DNA of 64,000 bases from Strigamia acuminata (lineage: Eukaryota), in the NCBI GenBank assembly GCA_949358305.1, contig OX442314.1, forward strand, positions 806,001-870,000, in the 5' to 3' direction. Positions 57,393-64,000 of this stretch are shown here, one piece after another. Below the pieces are notes generated by a model that was given only the letters and a program-made list of their open reading frames with translations, had not been told where the DNA came from and made no database searches. Numbering within the stretch: the first letter of the stretch is position 1; each line of letters begins with the position of its first letter. The position numbers and the translations under genes were made by a program.

Positions 57393-60300
57393 ACAAGGAA
57401 AGCAATGGAATCATGGGACGCATTACCCAAAAACGCAAGAGTTCCACGAACCTTCTATCGGGGAAGAATCCATCGAAAGTTGAGAAGAATATTCGAGCGG
57501 AGAGGCTACAAACCAGCCAATGTCAGACAATTCATCTCATTAGCCATGCAACGACGCTGGGGAACCCTGAAGAGACTATTCAAGGGTTTCAAAACGTGTT
57601 TCCACGAAATATTGCGCTTAATTTCAATATTAACGGACACACACGGACCAATTTGGAACGAATTGATAGGTGAAGATTTTCCAATGACTCCAGAGGAGGC
57701 GGAGGATTATGTCATCTATTGCGACCCGGCGACAAATCGAATCCAATTTGCACGGCAAGTAATGAATCGACTTCAGGAGGGCATGGCGGATGTAGCAGCC
57801 GAGTATTTGGAGAAGAAGGCGAAATGGCAGGCGGAGCAGGCATTGCTGGACGAACCAGATTTGGAAACTGTACCACCCTATTACGTGGACTCTCAATATA
57901 AAATGCATCAATTGACGATGGCGGGGGTACTTGGTGTCCACATCACTCCAGTATCAAAGGAAAAACCAGAGTTGCGAGATGACTTTGGACCTCTCTATTA
58001 CGTAAAAAGGCAACGACTAGAGAAGGAGGAAAAAGAGCGTAGAGATAAAAGATCTCAGGCCGATCAGGAGCCAAGTCCAGAGCGTCGAAGAAAGACACCG
58101 CCCCAGACAACTCGAAAAGTGGAGTATTCGTCAAGACGACCACGAAGTACGGTGCGGCGAGAGAAGACTCCGCCAGAGAGGTCAGAAAGATCTACAACAT
58201 CCGCACGCCATCCGAGAAGTCGATCAGCGTCCAGAAGTCAACAAAAATCGGAATTAAGTCCGAAACCTCATCATTCATCGAGAAGTCACCATTCTAGAGA
58301 TAGAAACTACGATGAATTCTGATCTGAACAACATGAGTTAGCTCGAAGAGGAAGGGAAGCAAGGACCCGAGGAGCACTTCGGTACAGAGGAAGCGACAGA
58401 CGGAGGAAAGAAACTCCGCCGAAGCAAAGTACGTCGAGAAACCGAAGTAAGGAAACAAGACCCCTTGAACGAGACGAAAGAATGCGACAAGAAACAAGGG
58501 AGCATCGAAGTCACTCGTCGGAGCGGCGTAAAGTAAAATATGTTTCCTCTTCTCGTAGAAGAGACAGTCGAAGTCCGGAATTAAGTCCGATAAACAAAAA
58601 ACGTCAGTTAAAAGAAAATCGACGACAGACAAGCAATAGTTTGACAGAAAAGAGGTCGCACTCAAAATCACGTCCGGCGAGCAGTCATCGATATTCTAAG
58701 ATGCGCCCAAAAAGGGAAGTTTTAAGGAGCAAAAAGGATGGGATTCGAGTACGAATCACACAAGACAGTGATTCGTCATCGGCGCCATCATTCCACACCG
58801 CAGATGAAAAGTGGGATGAAGATTACGTAGTCATGGATGAATGTCGAGAGTCTACGTCGAGTGAGGCAGAAAGGCCTGAGGAGAGAACAAAGGGACCTAG
58901 AACTCCACCACGCCAGGAGACTCCACCACGTCAGGAAACTCCACCACGTCCAGAAACTCCGCCACAACAAGAGACTCCTCATCCTCAAACAGCTCCACCA
59001 AAGGGGAGTAACTCACCAATTACCTGGACCCCAACATCCGTGCCAACAACGCCGACGCCCAGAGCCTCATCTCCAGAAGACCTGACTTTTGAGAGTTTTC
59101 CCGAGTATGTGGAACCATCAACACGCATTTTGGAAGAAACGCCAAATGAGCGTCATGAAGAGAGAACGCGGAAAAGAGTTTCCCCTCCAAAATTTGCCAT
59201 CAATCAGGAGAAAATGACGTTGGAAGAGGCGTTGGAAAAATCGAAAAATCAAGTGCCGAAACGACAAGACCCGAAAAGGATATTGCGACCAGCACATCGA
59301 ATGAGAGACCCAAGGAAGGCGAAGCCTCGTGAAGCTAAAGTGATGAACGAGAGGGACCCACACTTGTTGCCGCAAACGGAAATTAGTCCGTACACTGAAT
59401 TTACATTGCCAAGACCAGCCATTGCAACTGTGCAAGGTAACATTCCACTGCAACCAGACGAGAATTTTGACAAAAACTATGAGCCATTATGGGGAATGTA
59501 TATTAAATTTCCGATGAGCTCACAAGGACTGTTGACCCCTAACTTGGATGAATTTCAGCAAGTCCAACTACAAGTGACATTAGCAGAGATGAAACAGCTT
59601 GCGCTCGAGTTTGTGCAACAGTCCCTCGAAGCACAGACAGACGAATGGTTGGAGCACTGTAAGCCGTTCGCTCGGAGAATACTGATAAGACTCTTGTTTC
59701 CGGGAGTATTCCCAACTGACGAAACAACTTTGATTGCGGTAAGTTTCGTGTGGACAGAGCCGATGGGGATTCCGCGAGAGATGTTAAGAAATTGGAAAAG
59801 TATATTGGGAAGTCCGCCAAAATTACGAGCAGAATTGGTTCGAGAGATCCTGAGAAGTGGGGAAACTCCATCTCAAAGCGCACAAAGACTGAGAACAGAA
59901 TGGATCCAATATCGCACGAATCTGGCAGCCCAGCAGAGATTTCGAGATTTCTCAAAACAGGCATTACCTGACTGGACACCCGAACCCCAAACTCAGGAAG
60001 CCATGGAATTAAGTCCATTAACATTTTTGGCGATGTCGCAACCAACTCCGCAATTTCGAGTTCCGACACAAAAGGCCCCATCAGCCACGTTCACGCCTAC
60101 AGCTCATCGAATGGCATTAGAAAGGGCAGAATCAAGCAATAGGTCCGATGTAGAGTCTAACACCGAGCAGGGAGTGTCCAGACGAAGCGACGACTCCTCA
60201 TTAAAAGAAACTGACGGATCGCGTCGTGGCCTTGCCAAAGCAAAAGAGCCGTTGAAAACTGGAATGAAACGGAGCAAAAACTCGGACTTCGGGAGGATTC

Positions 60301-60647
60301 GATACCTGTACCCGAAATTGAGAGTCTCCGACGCCACCCGCACAATGTTAATTTACAGCACTACCTTGTGTCGGGATGCTTTGAAGTGGCTCGAAAACTC
60401 GTCGAGAGAGCCTCAACGAATTGTGCGTCATCAAAGACTCATTGCGGTTCGAAGGGCGCCTACAGGGAATCGGGAAAGATATGACGTGGACTATGATCGA
60501 GTTTGGCCACGCACGGAACACATTAAAGAAGTGTGGTTTCATGTAAATAATGGAGCAGTATCTGGACCCATGAAAGGCATGCCCCGATTTTCGGTGTCCG
60601 AATCCGAGACTCCAGGTCCAAGCTTTGAGTCCAGAAATGATGAGTAG
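57393..60647 (+). CDS. Gypsy ORF3, non-env, about 1080 codons with one internal TGA
   Basis: Track ORFs 57405-58322 and 58482-60647 share a frame, and 58323-58481 has no stop; acceptor TTTAATTTATAG ends at 57392; no signal peptide or transmembrane segment visible. Confidence 0.8.
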
Positions 60648-60679
60648 AGAAGTAAAAGGAAGAATCGGAGATCCTTCCT

Positions 60680-60693
60680 AAAAAGGAGGGAGG
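60680..60693 (+). other. Polypurine tract of the Gypsy element
   Basis: AAAAAGGAGGGAGG directly before the 3' LTR. Confidence 0.9.
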
Positions 60694-61633
60694 TGTAGTG
60701 ACCCTAGTGGTCACTAGTGAAGCAACAGAAAAAGTCTGTAAAATAATATTTTGGTTTATTATATTTTAGTTTGAGTTTTTTATGCTTCCTGTCTACAGGC
60801 AAGAAAGCTGAGCAGAGTGGGAGGAAATGTGGGTGGTTGCCAGGGTAACCAGCCCACAAGCCTCCAAACAGGAAATGAGTCCTGAGAGGAGTGAGAACTC
60901 CTCAGTATGATCACAAACTTTGCCAGAGAAACAACACAAAATAACCCAGAGAAACCCTCCAGTATTTTGTGAAAACTTCAGTGAAATTTTATACTCATTT
61001 CTTGCTGTTGTACAGTTACAACAGTGGGATATCACGGTCTTGCCGCATAATTCACGTGCGGTGGGATTTTATTCACATTCTTGAGATAACTCATTGTTGT
61101 CTTGAGATTTCGCCTTGCCGTGGAGGAAATCCGGCTAGACGTTGCGAAGAGTCGCAAATACGTCGCCACGACGACGGAATTGCGAGCCGAGAGAGAGTTT
61201 AGACGATACGGAAAGAGTCCGATTGACCAAGCGAGTCGACGTGAGTTGACTCGTATCAGACGATTTCCAAGGAGTTCGAGAAGTTGAGTGACGGAATAAG
61301 TCCGTTTCACCGTGGAGCGACGCCGAGCAGAATATCGAGACGAGCGTCGAAGAGAGAGCCGTAGAAGCGCGACGAAACGAGCCGTTATCGTCGCCGGAAC
61401 GCTGGAATCGTCAAATAACGTTTCCACGTCGATTTGAAGTTATTTCATCATTTCATCTATTATTTCATTTCTTATTTCCATTAAGCCTTAGTTATCACTG
61501 TAATTTATCTTATTCTAAGTCAGAATAAAGAAGTTTAGTTTAAAGAGAGTATTTTTATGATAAGTCTTGTCAAAGCATCAATAAGCTTGGAATTATTCTT
61601 TATTAATTTAAGGAGTAATTCAGGCTCATTACA
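60694..61633 (+). repeat. 3' LTR of the Gypsy element
   Basis: Repeat of 46714-47653, followed by TSD ACTT. Confidence 0.96.
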
Positions 61634-62874
61634 ACTTGTGCACGGATTTTTATCGGTTGATTGGTCGGTAGTTGGTTCAGTGGAAACGGATAGTTGGAAT
61701 TTAATCCGGGGCTTTTTCTTTTGTCGTGCGAGTTGCTTTCATCCGAATCGATATGTGGGAAACAACACGAGTGAGCAAGTTTTAAGTGTGGCGCGTGGGA
61801 AAAAGAGAAAATAATTTCTGTTTAATTAGAGATGCACACAGTTAAATCAGCTTCCTTCTTCCGCCAATTTGGATCAGATTTATCCCTCACTTCTCATTTC
61901 TCTACACCTTTGAGGATGTGAGGAGATTGGATCGGAATTAACGCGCACCAGCAGCATTAAAATATTTTTTTTTCTTTCTACTTTTATTATTTGTGTCGGT
62001 GGCGGCGAAACGGAAGCGGCCGGAGTGCGTGACGCCTCCGAATTGTGGGGAAATGGTGCCCGTACGTCTGCATAAACTCAAAGACAGATGGCCCCAACAA
62101 ATCTCCGTAGTCGTCGGATTGTTTTCTTTTCTGCGCATGGGCAGAAGAACCGTTTTCAGCGAGAGACGCTAAACAATAATCTGTCACGTAATTTCGTCTT
62201 GACTCGATCAGCACACGGCAAGGTGAACAGCAAGATTTTGCTATTCGGCATGCTGTGTTCGTTTTTCACGTTATTTAATTCGGGTTTGATTTCCAAAAGG
62301 TTGATTGGTTTCATTAACACAGCATTAACATTTCCGCAAATTTCTCAGCAGGTTTGAATTCTTTGAAAAATGATCCATTTATTTTCTTACATTTGTTCTT
62401 AACGCCATTTTTAGGCCTACTATATAGGCCTACTTCGAATTGTATTTTCCTCCGTTACGGTTGAATATATATTTGGCAAGAATATTATTTGATGCACAGT
62501 TTGGAGTGTTTTGGTGCCTTATGGCGGTTTTTCAAAGTATGGTTTGAAGATTTCATTTGAAATTTTTTGGTTTTGTGATATGATATTTGCCATTTTTCGT
62601 GACATCAAGTGTTTAGTTTGAGAATTGATTTCTGAAACCTGGTTTTTATTTTCAAACTGATCAGTGGCTCAGGGGATGGTCATAAACTTTAAAAATGACA
62701 TTTTCCAGCAAAAAAATGTATTTTCAGATGGAAAAAATGCATTTGCAAATGGAGAAATCCATTTGCAGATGGAAATCAAAGCAGAAGAAATATTTAACCA
62801 ACCAAATTTCTCAACAATATCTCGACCAATCAAACTGGGGCCACTGCTGTTGTGGCCTTGCTGATTGTTGTAGT

Positions 62875-63050
62875 AAGCGAGACTCGACCCAGCGTCTTAA
62901 TGGGGTGTTTTTGATACGCAAAAAGCTTCAAACCAGTTGATTTGATCTCCTGAGCCGACAACAAACCTTTAGCCAACAGCACATCACAATCTTTAGCATT
63001 TAGGATGGATAATTCACTACCAGTATCTAGCCATAAATTAAAACTTAACA
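62875..63050 (-). pseudogene. Retrotransposon aspartic protease remnant
   Basis: FNLWLDTGSELSILN...LKLFAYQKHPIKTLGRVSL. Confidence 0.55.
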
Positions 63051-64000
63051 AATTCAAAATTACGCGATCACGGCGGGGAGCGCAGCCTCGCAGGCGCCAG
63101 TTGAAACAATGCGAAATCCTCATCCTGTTCTTGAATAACCAAGGTTTTGTTTCACGTGGATTACTAAATAATTCAATTAAATAAAATAAATTAAATTAAA
63201 TAAATAAAAAATAGATAAAATTTTTACTTCGGCTGTCGAATCGACTGCCATGCTAACACAATAAAATCGTTACGACCAAGCTCTTTTCCCTCCATTTTTA
63301 AATTGAATTTGACTTTTAGAGAAGAAAACAATTTAAAATTGCTTTCATGTACAAATATTTTGTCAAGTCATTTGGTTTACCTGATCAAAAATAATGTGGT
63401 CGAAAGGAGTCCTGATTCCACTAGAGTTAGGCCTAACGTTCAATGCACGAAAAAGACAAAGATAACAGCGGTTGCCATAGAAACTAGTGCATAGCAACAG
63501 AAGCGAGTCATAGTAACGCTGCAGTCCAATCACAACACAGGAAATAATTGCATATTTTTTAAAAATTTCTCGAATTTGTCAAAATTAGTTCCGTGAAATT
63601 TAATTTTCCCAAATTGTTTTAAAAAAAATTTTTGCAACTCATCCAAATTTTTCTCCAATTTTTCTCAAAAAGTTTTAATAAATTTGAGAATTCTTTTAAA
63701 TCATGCCACTGACGTGACATTTTCGTAATATATCGTAGTCCTCCGCTTTTGTTCAGCCCGAGCGATTACAGGATTAGCTACGTGGCCACGAACGAGAGCT
63801 AAAGTGGGATTTCCCACAAACAAATCATTCGTTGGAATCGGCAATTCGCTCGTACACAATCAATGGGCTTTCGCCCCTCACGACTTATCGCGTCCAAGTG
63901 ACGACGGTTCGTACACACACCCGGGTCGCGTCACCGTCACCACTCGCATAGAGACGCCAACCAGTACACCGAAAAACAAGTGAGAAAGATTTGTATATCT

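Larger units (their letters stand above)
46714..61633 (+). mobile_element. Full-length 14.9-kb Ty3/Gypsy LTR retrotransposon with a large third ORF
   Basis: 940-bp LTRs (about 7 mismatches counted by eye), 4-bp TSD ACTT (46710-46713, 61634-61637), PBS, PPT, gag, pol in PR-RT-RH-IN order. Confidence 0.97.

Noticed and set aside
57405..60647. Calling the Gypsy third ORF an env gene
   Set aside because: No signal peptide, fusion peptide or transmembrane anchor visible; composition is basic and RS-rich.

Overview
Eukaryotic, intron-containing, transposon-dense DNA, probably from an arthropod (55-66 nt introns, TTAGG-type repeats, MBD-carrying Copia; inference). Host genes: a cluster of mostly broken E3 ubiquitin-ligase paralogs (RNF216/TRIAD3-like RBR pieces, two RNF8-like FHA/RING copies), an intact 5-exon COMTD1/CCoAOMT-like O-methyltransferase and an intronless ~676-aa unknown ORF. 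Mobile elements: (i) a 968-aa Ty3/Gypsy Pol-like ORF that is fully open yet has lost YxDD, all four RNase H catalytic residues and the integrase core; (ii) a young, complete Ty1/Copia (6827-14175, minus) with a methyl-CpG-binding (MBD) domain between integrase and RT, inserted between the two CxxC halves of a zinc finger in an accessory ORF, next to a further LTR (17108-17700) that cuts an RNF216-like gene; (iii) a complete DIRS1-type tyrosine-recombinase element (25354-30198, minus) whose fused Gag-RT-RH-MT frame contains a predicted 61-nt intron that would yield Gag alone; (iv) a 14.9-kb complete Gypsy (46714-61633) with a -1 frameshift signal and a ~1080-codon non-env third ORF; (v) a related solo LTR, a TA-flanked MITE and several minisatellites. 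All domain calls are by eye from motifs; no database searches were run.
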